Shown here in pieces: positions 1 to 8,757 of a stretch of DNA of 32,000 bases. Position numbers and translations under genes: made by a program. The notes under the pieces are model-generated. The model ran no database searches, had not been told where the DNA came from, and saw nothing but the letters and a program-made list of their open reading frames with translations. Source of the DNA: an uncultured archaeon (GTDB taxonomy: Archaea; Iainarchaeota; Iainarchaeia; Iainarchaeales; JAAZKV01); the NCBI GenBank assembly GCA_964551375.1, contig CAZKBG010000001.1, forward strand, positions 690,001 through 722,000. Direction: 5' to 3'. Position 1 is the stretch's first letter. Every line of letters starts with the position of its first letter.

Positions 1-92
1 AATAATTAAACAAATCGACAAAGAAAAAAGAAAAGCAATGACACAAAGACCTCCTTCAATCTCAAAGTAGAAACTAGCGAAGGGAAGAACGT

Positions 93-1832
93 ATGTTTGG
101 ATTCTTAAAACAAAAAATTGCTGATTTTGGAAACAAACTAAAGGACACTGTTTCAAAAGAAGAAGAAAAACAGAAAAAAGACGCTCCAAAACAAGCTGAA
201 GAGAAGAAAGAAGAAATTAAACAAAAGGAAAAAGAGAAAATCGAAGAAAAGAAAACTGATTCTTTAGAAAAGAAAGAAACAAGCGCGGCAGAAAAAAAGC
301 CCCAAGCCAAAACTGAAGCTCAAAAAGAGCACGTTAAAAAAGCCGAGCACAAAAGCGAAGACAAAAAAGAAAAAGAGACTCATAAGAAAGAAAAGAAGAA
401 AGGATTGCTTGGAATACTATTCGGCGGCAAAAAGAAGGAAAAAGAAGAGAAAAAGAAAAAAACAAAAGAAGAAGCAGTGAGCGAACTTGAAGGACGGATG
501 TTTAAGGATATTGAAGCGGAACTCAAAGAAGAAGAGAAACAAACCGAACAAAAAGAAACAGCCACCCCATCAGAGATTGATCTTGGACTAACTGAAGAAG
601 AAATAAGAATTACTAAAAAGACTGATGAAGTTGCAGAAGGACTTGAAGTTGAGAATGAAGAAGAGGAACAAAAAGAAGAACCTGCTGAAGAAAAGACTGC
701 TGTTAAAGGAAATACTGAAAATTACGAAGAACTGGCCGAAGTTGAGGAAAAGCAAAAATTCACGCACGAAGAAGAAAAAAAAGTAAGACCAAGCATTGAA
801 CTTGAAGATGGAAGAATACCTTCGGAAAAAGAAGATGAAGAAAAGAATGAAGAGGAGGAGATATTTGAGGACATTGAAGAACAGGAAGAAAGAAAAGAAA
901 AATCAAGGGATATTAAAATCAAAACGCTTGAAGAAGACAAACGCGAACTTCACGCAAATGTGGGAGTTGGCGGAAAATTAAAAGGATTTATCTTCGGCGG
1001 AATTGAGCTCAGCGAAAAAGATGTAAATGACTTAATCTGGGAACTTGAACTAAGCCTAATTGAAAGCGATGTGGAACAGGACGCCGCAAGCGAAATAGCA
1101 AGCCAGATAAAGAAAAGACTTGTAGGAAAAAAAGTTTCTGCCAAAAATATTGATGACTTTTTAAAAGAACAAATCAAGGAAATACTCGCTGAAATGATGA
1201 AAACTGACAAAATTGATGTTCTTGCCATGGCTAAAAAGCACAAGCCATTCAAAATATTAATACTCGGGCCAAACGGCGCAGGAAAAACAACAAGCATCGC
1301 AAAACTAACTCATTACTTCCAAAAACACAAAATGAGCTGCATACTTGCCGCAGGAGACACATTTAGAGCCGGCGCAATTGACCAAATAGAAGAACACGCA
1401 AAGAAACTCAAAGTAAGATTAATAAAACAACAATACGGAGCAGACCCTGCTGCGGTTGCATTTGACGCCATAAAAGCGGCAGAAGCGGGAAAAATTGATG
1501 TTGTGATAATGGATTCAGCAGGAAGACAGGAAACAAACAAAAATCTGATGGAAGAACTAAGAAAACTTGAAAGAGTTGCAAAGCCTGATTTGAAAATCTA
1601 TGTTGGAGAAGCATATGTGGGGCAGGGACTATTAGAACAGGCTGAAGAATTTAAGGAAATGATTGGAATTGACGGATTTATTTTAACAAAAATCGATACT
1701 GATGCCAAAGGCGGAACAGCAATATCATTAGTATACAAAATGAAAAAGCCAATACTGTTTGTGGGAACAGGACAAGGCTATGATGACTTAGAAGAGTTTA
1801 CTCCTGAATTTATACTTGAGAGAATAATTTAA
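93..1832 (+). CDS. ftsY: Signal recognition particle receptor FtsY, with a long Lys/Glu-rich N-terminal region
   Basis: The C-terminal NG domain carries the SRP-GTPase motifs GPNGAGKTTSIAKL (P-loop), DTFRAGAIDQ, DSAGRQ and TKIDTDAKGG. The first ~285 aa are K/E low complexity. Confidence 0.93.
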   Translation: MFGFLKQKIADFGNKLKDTVSKEEEKQKKDAPKQAEEKKEEIKQKEKEKIEEKKTDSLEKKETSAAEKKPQAKTEAQKEHVKKAEHKSEDKKEKETHKKEKKKGLLGILFGGKKKEKEEKKKKTKEEAVSELEGRMFKDIEAELKEEEKQTEQKETATPSEIDLGLTEEEIRITKKTDEVAEGLEVENEEEEQKEEPAEEKTAVKGNTENYEELAEVEEKQKFTHEEEKKVRPSIELEDGRIPSEKEDEEKNEEEEIFEDIEEQEERKEKSRDIKIKTLEEDKRELHANVGVGGKLKGFIFGGIELSEKDVNDLIWELELSLIESDVEQDAASEIASQIKKRLVGKKVSAKNIDDFLKEQIKEILAEMMKTDKIDVLAMAKKHKPFKILILGPNGAGKTTSIAKLTHYFQKHKMSCILAAGDTFRAGAIDQIEEHAKKLKVRLIKQQYGADPAAVAFDAIKAAEAGKIDVVIMDSAGRQETNKNLMEELRKLERVAKPDLKIYVGEAYVGQGLLEQAEEFKEMIGIDGFILTKIDTDAKGGTAISLVYKMKKPILFVGTGQGYDDLEEFTPEFILERII

Positions 1833-1850
1833 AAAAAACAAATAAAAAAA

Positions 1851-2768
1851 CTAAACTTTTAATCCTTTTAACGCAGCAATCCTTTCTTCAAGCGGAGGGT
1901 GGGTGCTAAAAAGACTCTGCATCCAAAGCTTCTGGCCCTTAAGAGGATTTGAAATGTACAAATGCGCAGTTGCTTTATTAGCAGCTTCAAGAGGCTCATT
2001 ATCTTTGCCAATTTTCTCAAGAGCGCTTGCAAGAGCAAGCGGATTTCTTGTCATTTCTGCAGAGCCTGCATCAGCCATAAACTCGCGCTTACGCGAAATT
2101 GAAAAATTAATTATCTGGGCAATTATAGGCGTCAATATTGCAAGAAGAATTGCAATTATAACAAGCGCAATCCAAATAGCGGCTCCATTTTTGTTATCGC
2201 TGTTAAATTTTGAATAAAAAACCATTCTCAAAATCAAATCAGAGAGAAGAACCGCTATTCCAACCAAAATTGAAGCAATTGTCATTGTTCTAATATCATA
2301 ATTTTTAATATGAGAAAGTTCATGAGCTAAAACTCCCTGAATTTCATCCCTATTCAATCTTGTAAGGCAGCCGGTTGTAACACAAACAACCGCATGATTT
2401 GGATCTCGCCCTGTTGCAAATGCATTAATTGCAGTGTCATCAATTACAAAAACCCTCGGCTTTGGAAGACCGCTTGCAAGAGATAATTCTTCAACAATAT
2501 TATGAAGCAATTTGAAATTTTTATCATCAGGATGAGTTTCTTTTGCTCCGCTAATCGCAGTAACTATTGAATCGCAGGAATAATAGGAAATTACTGAAAA
2601 CAAAATTATCAAAATTCCAAGAACTGTAAAAACCCCAAGAAAAGGAAAGCCAAAAAGATCCAAAACCAGCGAAATAATTCCCGCAAGAATTCCTATTAGA
2701 ACAAAAAATAACAGGAAAAGAATAGAAGTCATGCGCTTGTTATCCGCAATCTGCTTGTAAAAGTCCAT
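1851..2768 (-). CDS. htpX: M48-family zinc metalloprotease HtpX
   Basis: HELSHIKNYD (HExxH) sits between N-terminal and central TM helices, and the C-terminal STHPPLEERI motif is typical of HtpX. The ORF track opens at a TTG at 2789; the ATG at 2768 (MDFYKQ...) is preferred. Confidence 0.9.
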   Translation of the reverse strand: MDFYKQIADNKRMTSILFLLFFVLIGILAGIISLVLDLFGFPFLGVFTVLGILIILFSVISYYSCDSIVTAISGAKETHPDDKNFKLLHNIVEELSLASGLPKPRVFVIDDTAINAFATGRDPNHAVVCVTTGCLTRLNRDEIQGVLAHELSHIKNYDIRTMTIASILVGIAVLLSDLILRMVFYSKFNSDNKNGAAIWIALVIIAILLAILTPIIAQIINFSISRKREFMADAGSAEMTRNPLALASALEKIGKDNEPLEAANKATAHLYISNPLKGQKLWMQSLFSTHPPLEERIAALKGLKV

Positions 2769-2824
2769 TGCCACTATAACGCACCCCAAAAACTAAAAGA
2801 AAAAACTAAAAAGGCAAGAAAAAA

Positions 2825-3415
2825 TTACTTGCCCATTTCTGAAAAGTCAACTTTAACGCTTTTCTTCTCGCCTTCAGTGGCTTCGAAGAACTCTTTGTCC
2901 TTATTCATCCCAAACATTCCTGCAAATATGTTATTTGGGAAAACAGCAATCATTGTGTTCCACTTCATAACCATATCATTGTAGAACTGCCTCGCAAAAG
3001 CAACTTTATTTTCAGTGCTTGAAAGCTCTTCCTGCAATGCTTTGAAGTTTTCGCTTGCCTTAAGAGTAGGATATGCTTCTGCAACTGCGAATAGACTCTT
3101 TAACGCGCCTGAAAGCATATTATCAGCTTTAGCAGATTCTTTTGGAGATTTTGCCGACATCATCGCAGCTCTTGCTTGAGTTACTCCCTCAAGAACTCCC
3201 TTCTCAAACTTAGCATAACCCTTAACAGTCTCAACCAAATTTGGAATCAAATCCGCCCTTCTCTTTAATTGAACATCAATCTGCGCCCAAGCATTCTCTA
3301 CCTGCTTTAGCGTAGTGATTAGCGAATTATAAATAGCAATAGTAATTACTATGCCCACAACAACAATCAAGCCGATTATTCCAAGAATAATTATTAATAT
3401 GTCCAAAACAACCAC
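2825..3415 (-). CDS. lemA: LemA family membrane protein
   Basis: A single N-terminal TM helix is followed by a LemA-like helical domain (NAWAQIDVQLKRRADLIPNLVETVKGYAKFE ... FNDMVMKWNT). It lies next to htpX, a common pairing. The start is GTG. Confidence 0.85.
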   Translation of the reverse strand: MVVLDILIIILGIIGLIVVVGIVITIAIYNSLITTLKQVENAWAQIDVQLKRRADLIPNLVETVKGYAKFEKGVLEGVTQARAAMMSAKSPKESAKADNMLSGALKSLFAVAEAYPTLKASENFKALQEELSSTENKVAFARQFYNDMVMKWNTMIAVFPNNIFAGMFGMNKDKEFFEATEGEKKSVKVDFSEMGK

Positions 3416-3475
3416 CTAAATTTATTAGTGTTTAACCCTTTAAAATGCTATGTTTCACAAGTTCTTTGTGATTGG

Positions 3476-4828
3476 ATGGGACTCGGAGACACACTGCGAA
3501 AAGCAATGGACAAAATCCAGGGCGCGGCAACAGTAGACAAGGAAACTGTTAAAGAAGCTATTAAAGAAATACAAAGAGCGCTCATTGCGGCAAACGTGGA
3601 CACCACAACTGTTTTTGCCATCTCAAAAAAAATTGAAGAAAATGCGTTTAGCGAACTAAAAGGACAACTATCAAGAAGAGAGCATGTAACAAAAGTAACT
3701 TATGACGCTCTAATCGAAATGCTTGGCGGATTAAAAGCTCCAATTGAGCCAAAAAAAATATTATTATGCGGATTATTCGGCTCCGGAAAAACAACTGCTG
3801 CGGGAAAACTTGCTTTATTTTATAAAAAACGCGGGAAAAAGGTCGGAGTAATCTGCGCGGACACATTTAGACCTGCCGCGTTTGAACAACTGCAAACTAA
3901 TGCAAAACTTGCTGGCGCTGAGTTCTTCGGAATCAAAGGCGAAGAAAACGCAGGCAAAGTTGTGAGAGAAGGAATGAAAGCTTTGAAAGAAAATGATATT
4001 ATAATCTGCGATTCAGCAGGAAGAAGCGCGCTTGATGATGAACTTGTAAAAGAAATAAAAGAAATTGAAGATGTGTTCAAGGGAGACGAAAAATGGCTTG
4101 TAATCGGAGCAGATATTGGAAACCTTGCAAAAAAGCAGGCGCAGGCATTTCATAAAGCCGTTGGGATTAACGGCGTAATAATTACAAGAATGGATGGAAG
4201 CAGCAAAGGAGGAGGGGCTCTTGTTGCATGCAATGAAACAGGAGCAAGCGTGTACTTTATTTCAACAGGGGAGAAAGTAAATGATTTTGAAGCATTTGAC
4301 GCCAATAGATACTTATCAAGAATAATGGGATACGGGGACCTTGAAGGACTGCTTGAGAAAGCAAAAGAAGCGGACCTTGAAAATATGAACCCTGAAGAAA
4401 TGCTCAAAGGAAATTTTAATCTTCGAATGTTCTATGAGCAATTAAAAGCAACAAAAAAAATGGGGCCTTTAAATAAAGTTGCGGAAATGATCGGATTAAG
4501 CGTAAAAATGCCAAAAGAAATTTTAGAACAAGGACAGGACAAGCTGGATTCATTCAAAATAATAATTGACTCCATGACCGAGCAGGAAAGAGTGAACCCT
4601 GAAGTTTTAAATAGAAATAGAATTGAAAGAATCGCAAAAGGGGCAGGAGTTCATATTGAAGATGTGAGAGAGCTCATCAAGCAGTACAAGCAAATGAAGA
4701 AAATGTTTAAGAAGTTCAAAAATATCCAAAGCGAAAAAGCGATGAAAAACTTCGGCGAAAAGGGCTTAGCTGATGTAATGAGGCAGATGCAGGGAAGAAA
4801 AATGGCTAAAAAGCTGCGCCTTAAATAA
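3476..4828 (+). CDS. srp54: Signal recognition particle protein SRP54
   Basis: GLFGSGKTTAAGKLA, DTFRPAAFEQL, DSAGRS and TRMDGSSKGG form the NG domain. The C-terminal M domain is Met-rich and basic (MGPLNKVAEMIG..., KQMKKMFKKF). The ATG at 3476 (MGLGDTLRKAMDKI) is preferred over the GTG-opened ORF at 3428. Confidence 0.95.
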   Translation: MGLGDTLRKAMDKIQGAATVDKETVKEAIKEIQRALIAANVDTTTVFAISKKIEENAFSELKGQLSRREHVTKVTYDALIEMLGGLKAPIEPKKILLCGLFGSGKTTAAGKLALFYKKRGKKVGVICADTFRPAAFEQLQTNAKLAGAEFFGIKGEENAGKVVREGMKALKENDIIICDSAGRSALDDELVKEIKEIEDVFKGDEKWLVIGADIGNLAKKQAQAFHKAVGINGVIITRMDGSSKGGGALVACNETGASVYFISTGEKVNDFEAFDANRYLSRIMGYGDLEGLLEKAKEADLENMNPEEMLKGNFNLRMFYEQLKATKKMGPLNKVAEMIGLSVKMPKEILEQGQDKLDSFKIIIDSMTEQERVNPEVLNRNRIERIAKGAGVHIEDVRELIKQYKQMKKMFKKFKNIQSEKAMKNFGEKGLADVMRQMQGRKMAKKLRLK

Positions 4829-4858
4829 AAATATAAAACCAACAACAGCATATTGATT

Positions 4859-5593
4859 ATGAAAAATTTAATTCTAATTGCGCTGCTTGCCCTATTTATT
4901 ATCTCCACCGCTCACGCGGCGGAATACTACGCTGATGTTATTTTGGATATTTCCCAAGACGGGAGCACAATAATAAGCGGAACAACAAATCACCCAAAAC
5001 TTGACGCACGGACAACCGCTGAATTTACCTCCATGCAAAAAGGAAACTGGACATTTGAAATTGATTTAAACGAAACATTTTCAGCTTATTTATTTGAAAT
5101 TATACTGCCCCCAAAAGCACAAACAACTGATATTAAAATAAGCGGAGAATATCGAATTACCACACGCGACTCAAGAATTTTAATAATTGCAAGCGGGGAA
5201 GGACAGCCCCTCACTGCAAAAATTAAATACACAAATCAAACCGAAAATTTACAACCAAATTATATCCAAATAGCCGCTGCAATAATAATATTCATTGTAA
5301 TTATTTTTTTTGCAAATAAAAGAATAAATAATAAAGACAAAAAAACCCTTGCGCAAAAGACTGAAACTAAAAAAGCCCACATAAACAAAGAAGCTCTCAC
5401 GGAAAGGCAGGTTTTAATTTTTGAATATCTGGAAAAGAAAGGAAAAAGCGCAACGCAAAAAGAAATTGAAACCGCATTACACATACCAAAAGCCTCTCTG
5501 TCCAGAAACCTTGCAGCCCTTGAAAGAAAAGAACTTATTAAAAAAGAAGCTAAAGGAATGACGATGGTTATTTCTATAAATCAGGAAAAATAA
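4859..5593 (+). CDS. Membrane-anchored winged-helix (MarR/ArsR-like) transcriptional regulator with an extracytoplasmic N-terminal domain
   Basis: It has a signal peptide (MKNLILIALLALFIISTAHA), a ~115-aa predicted external domain and one TM helix (IQIAAAIIIFIVIIFFA). The C-terminal wHTH reads LTERQVLIFEYLEKKGKSATQKEIETALHIPKASLSRNLAALERKELIKK. Confidence 0.7.
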   Translation: MKNLILIALLALFIISTAHAAEYYADVILDISQDGSTIISGTTNHPKLDARTTAEFTSMQKGNWTFEIDLNETFSAYLFEIILPPKAQTTDIKISGEYRITTRDSRILIIASGEGQPLTAKIKYTNQTENLQPNYIQIAAAIIIFIVIIFFANKRINNKDKKTLAQKTETKKAHINKEALTERQVLIFEYLEKKGKSATQKEIETALHIPKASLSRNLAALERKELIKKEAKGMTMVISINQEK

Positions 5594-5608
5594 TCACTAA
5601 AACAAGGG

Positions 5609-5659
5609 TTGTTCCGGCTTGTTCCGCATGGTTTTAGGCAATATATATAGGCTGTTCCA
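5609..5659 (+). promoter_or_regulatory. Candidate promoter/operator: three TGTTCC-core repeats flanking a TATA-like box
   Basis: TTGTTCCG occurs at 5609-5616 and again at 5619-5626 (10-bp phasing), and CTGTTCCA at 5652-5659. They bracket the AATATATATAG element (~5639-5650). A GGAGGA Shine-Dalgarno-like motif precedes the ATG at 5716. Confidence 0.35.
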
Positions 5660-5715
5660 CCGGATACTATCCTAACAAAGCCTAATATCGGGCTTTATGG
5701 ACTGGAGGAATTATT

Positions 5716-6666
5716 ATGAAAGTAAATCAAATATTTGCCGTAATGATGGTTCTTATTGCTGCCATGATGATTGTTCCAACTGCGCTTGCAGAAGAGCAGG
5801 ATGTAAACGGAACAGTTGATTCAAACACAGCAATGGAACTAAGGGCAATGCATAACCCTCTTGGAGCGCAGATAAGACTGCTTCAACTGGAAAAAAACTT
5901 AACAAAAAATATATTAGTGGGGACTGAAGTGCTTAATGTTATCAAAGCAAACCACCCTGACGCAAATGTTACTGCCGCAACTTCAACAATGAGCGAGCTT
6001 GAGCTTCTGCTTAATGAAGTAAAAACTTCAGCAGGCGGAACAGATCTTAACATGCAGGCGCAGCAGTTTGTTGCAATCAAAAAAGAAGCAATAACGCTGA
6101 CACAGCAGTTTAGAGAACAGACAAGAATTTATCTGGATGGAAATGACAGAGTACAGCTTCATAAAAGATCTGATGACTTGGACAAAAATGAGCTAAGGCA
6201 TATGAATGATGACATAAAGCACGCTGTTAACAAATACAATTCAGACAGAATAAAAGAACTGCTTGATGCAATCGGAGACGCAAATTCAAGCGCAATAGCC
6301 GCCCAAATTGCACAGGGAAGAGAACTAATTGAAGATGCTCAAAGACAAATAAGAGAAGCATATGACGCTTTGACTCCTGAACAAAGACAGGAAGCAAGCT
6401 CAAAAATAAGAGAACTAGGATTAAGAAGAAACATACAGGAAAAAAACATTTTTGACAAAGCTGTTCAAAACATGGAACAGAGAATGAAAGAAAGAAGGGA
6501 CAACCGAGGACAAGAATTAAAAAAATGGATAAATCAGATCAAAATAGAGGATGATTTAAACCACGGAATAGGCGAAAGAGTGCGCGAAATGGCGAGAGAC
6601 ACAAACTTTGTTGAAAAAATAGATGAAAGAGTTAAAGAAATGAGGGAAAGGAGGGGAAGAGATTGA
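5716..6666 (+). CDS. Secreted, highly charged helical (coiled-coil-like) protein of unknown function
   Basis: It has a signal peptide (MKVNQIFAVMMVLIAAMMIVPTALA) followed by E/K/R/Q-rich sequence that looks helical. I recognise no catalytic motif. Confidence 0.6.
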   Translation: MKVNQIFAVMMVLIAAMMIVPTALAEEQDVNGTVDSNTAMELRAMHNPLGAQIRLLQLEKNLTKNILVGTEVLNVIKANHPDANVTAATSTMSELELLLNEVKTSAGGTDLNMQAQQFVAIKKEAITLTQQFREQTRIYLDGNDRVQLHKRSDDLDKNELRHMNDDIKHAVNKYNSDRIKELLDAIGDANSSAIAAQIAQGRELIEDAQRQIREAYDALTPEQRQEASSKIRELGLRRNIQEKNIFDKAVQNMEQRMKERRDNRGQELKKWINQIKIEDDLNHGIGERVREMARDTNFVEKIDERVKEMRERRGRD

Positions 6667-6935
6667 AAACTAATCACACAAAAATAATTGCTGTGATAGG
6701 AACAATTCTCCTTGCGCTCCTATTATTTGGATGCACACAAAATAACCCAAATAATAACAATCAGACGAATAACACCACTCCGCTTACAGGAGACCAGGTG
6801 GCAAACACCGCCGCTGATTCAACAATCAGCGACACAACTGCGGGAACTGACATGATTGACTCAGGCGCAGCAACACCTGGTGCAGAAACCGCAATTGTTA
6901 ATGCGAATGACGCGGGAATTGGAGAAATGATTTAA
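6663..6935 (+). CDS. Small putative lipoprotein with an Asn/Thr-rich linker
   Basis: It starts at a TTG overlapping the upstream stop by 4 nt. A lipobox-like LLLFGC follows a hydrophobic h-region, then an N/T-rich low-complexity stretch. Confidence 0.5.
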   Translation: MKTNHTKIIAVIGTILLALLLFGCTQNNPNNNNQTNNTTPLTGDQVANTAADSTISDTTAGTDMIDSGAATPGAETAIVNANDAGIGEMI

Positions 6936-6953
6936 CAAAAAAACACAGTTAAA

Positions 6954-6981
6954 GGGGGGAAATCCCCCCAATACTTTTTTT
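6954..6981 (+). terminator. Intrinsic-terminator-like hairpin (G6/C6 stem) plus a T7 tract
   Basis: GGGGGG (6954-6959) and CCCCCC (6964-6969) flank an AAAT loop, followed by TTTTTTT at 6975-6981. It lies 19 nt after the stop of the 6663-6935 gene. Confidence 0.5.
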
Positions 6982-7029
6982 AAACAAAAGAAAGCGAAAG
7001 AATTTAAGGCTTAATAACCTACTTAATTA

Positions 7030-7839
7030 ATGCTTCAATTGATTCCACTAATACAGCAGGCAGTCTTGCTAATTGGAACTGCAACAGGCGCCGCAACTGA
7101 TGCTAAAACAGGGTATATTTATGACTGGATAACTTACCCTATGATAATTATTGGATTTATTCTCTCAATAATACAACAACAATGGATAAATGTCGGAATA
7201 GGCGCAGCAATATTTGCAATAATGTATATAGCATACAGATTTGGAAAAATCGGGGGCGGGGATGTAAAACTTTTCACCGCAATTGCGCTCTTAAATCCAA
7301 TAAACCAGCCGGTATTTTTATTCACCGTTCTCTTTTTCAGCGCAGTAAGCGCAATGATATTTTATTCAGTATATTACACTACAAAGTATAGAAGAATTGG
7401 AATAAGTTTTAAGGATAACAAAAAAGGAATTACCAAAGCAATTATTTTTGGGACGATTATTATATTCTACTTTGCAATGCTTGCGCAAATGCAACTAATC
7501 AGAATTCCAAGCATGGTTATTATGCTCACTCCTCTCATCTTTGGATTATTATTTATCGCGCTTCAGGAAGGAATCAAGAAGAATTTCTTTGAAGCAAAAA
7601 TTGCGCTCTCAAAGCTTGAAGAGGATGAAGTTATTGCTCAAGGAAGAAACCCAAAAAATGTTGAAAAAATATTAAGGGGAAACCAACTCATAGGAGAAAA
7701 GGAGAAAGCCTTGCTAAAAAAAGCAGGGATAAAGAGCCTTTTTGTGCTTAGAAAACTGCCCCCGTTTGGGCCGTTTATTCTTGTAGGAGTAATTGCAGCA
7801 ATAATACAACCCGATTTTATGCTTTTTATATTTGTTTGA
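7030..7839 (+). CDS. A24-family prepilin/preflagellin signal peptidase (FlaK/PibD-like)
   Basis: Polytopic membrane protein with the two conserved Asp contexts, ATDAKTGYIYDW and GGGDVKLF. Confidence 0.8.
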   Translation: MLQLIPLIQQAVLLIGTATGAATDAKTGYIYDWITYPMIIIGFILSIIQQQWINVGIGAAIFAIMYIAYRFGKIGGGDVKLFTAIALLNPINQPVFLFTVLFFSAVSAMIFYSVYYTTKYRRIGISFKDNKKGITKAIIFGTIIIFYFAMLAQMQLIRIPSMVIMLTPLIFGLLFIALQEGIKKNFFEAKIALSKLEEDEVIAQGRNPKNVEKILRGNQLIGEKEKALLKKAGIKSLFVLRKLPPFGPFILVGVIAAIIQPDFMLFIFV

Positions 7840-7861
7840 ACAATAATATAGTGATACTTTT

Positions 7862-8743
7862 ATGAAAATACTTATAACCGGCGCTAAAGGATTTGTTGGA
7901 AGAGCGCTAAGCGCGGAGCTTAAAGGAAAAAAACATGCAGTGCATGAGTTTGACAGAAGCAAGGGACACAATATATTGGACAAGTTAAGCCTTCTCAATT
8001 CCATGGAAGGAATTGACTGCGTGGTGCACCTTGCCGCCGCAATGGAAGGAACAAAAAAAGAAATTTACAAAACAAACGTGGAAGGAACAAGAAACGTTAT
8101 ACGGGCGGCAGTTGCGCAAAAAGTAAAAAAACTTATTTTTATGAGCTCAACAGCAGTATATGGATTTACCAGCGCAGCGGTTCATGAAGAAAGCAAACTA
8201 AATCCAAAAAATGAATATGAAAAAAGCAAAGTCGAAGGAGAAATGCTTGTTCTTGAGGCAAAAGAAAAACTGGATGTTTGCATAGTCCGAAGCGCAATGG
8301 TTTTTGGAGCAAATGAATACTGGAAAAAAATGTTTAAAATGCTGGAAAAAAAATATCCGCTTCCATGCAGCGGGAGAAACAAATTCCAGGTTATTTATGT
8401 AAACGAACTTGCAAGGGCAATAGCCACTGTTATTGAAAAAGGAAAAAGCGGAGAAATATACCTTGTGTCAGGAAAAGAACAGCCGACATTAAACGAATTC
8501 TGCGAAATGGTGCAGGAAGAACTTGGAATTGAAAAAGGAGTAAAGCACATCCCTTCATGGGCAGGAGTCGCGCTTGGGAAAGTAATTGGAATACAACTGC
8601 TTAACACTGAAAATATAAGGCACATAAGCAAAGAAAGACACTACAAAATAGAAAAAATAGAAAAACTCGGATTCAAGCAGGAAACCTCGCTAAAAACCGC
8701 AATTAAAAATGTTGCAAAAGAATTTGAAAAGCAAAAAAGCTAA
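7862..8743 (+). CDS. NAD-dependent epimerase/dehydratase (extended SDR)
   Basis: It has an N-terminal Rossmann motif (ILITGAKGFVGRAL) and a YEKSK (YxxxK) catalytic motif. Length is ~290 aa. Confidence 0.85.
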   Translation: MKILITGAKGFVGRALSAELKGKKHAVHEFDRSKGHNILDKLSLLNSMEGIDCVVHLAAAMEGTKKEIYKTNVEGTRNVIRAAVAQKVKKLIFMSSTAVYGFTSAAVHEESKLNPKNEYEKSKVEGEMLVLEAKEKLDVCIVRSAMVFGANEYWKKMFKMLEKKYPLPCSGRNKFQVIYVNELARAIATVIEKGKSGEIYLVSGKEQPTLNEFCEMVQEELGIEKGVKHIPSWAGVALGKVIGIQLLNTENIRHISKERHYKIEKIEKLGFKQETSLKTAIKNVAKEFEKQKS

Positions 8744-8757
8744 AACTAGTTAATTAA

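Noticed and set aside
74-1297. Several minus-strand and alternate-frame ORFs (74-310, 380-565, 722-940, 796-981, 950-1297) rich in Ser/Phe/Leu
   Set aside because: They are mirror or shifted-frame artefacts of the AAG/GAA-rich low-complexity coding region of ftsY. They have no motifs and lie wholly inside a well-supported gene.
3428-3475. A GTG-initiated 16-codon extension of srp54
   Set aside because: The conserved SRP54 N-terminus begins at the ATG at 3476 (MGLGDTLRKAMDKI). The extension would nearly abut the divergent lemA start.
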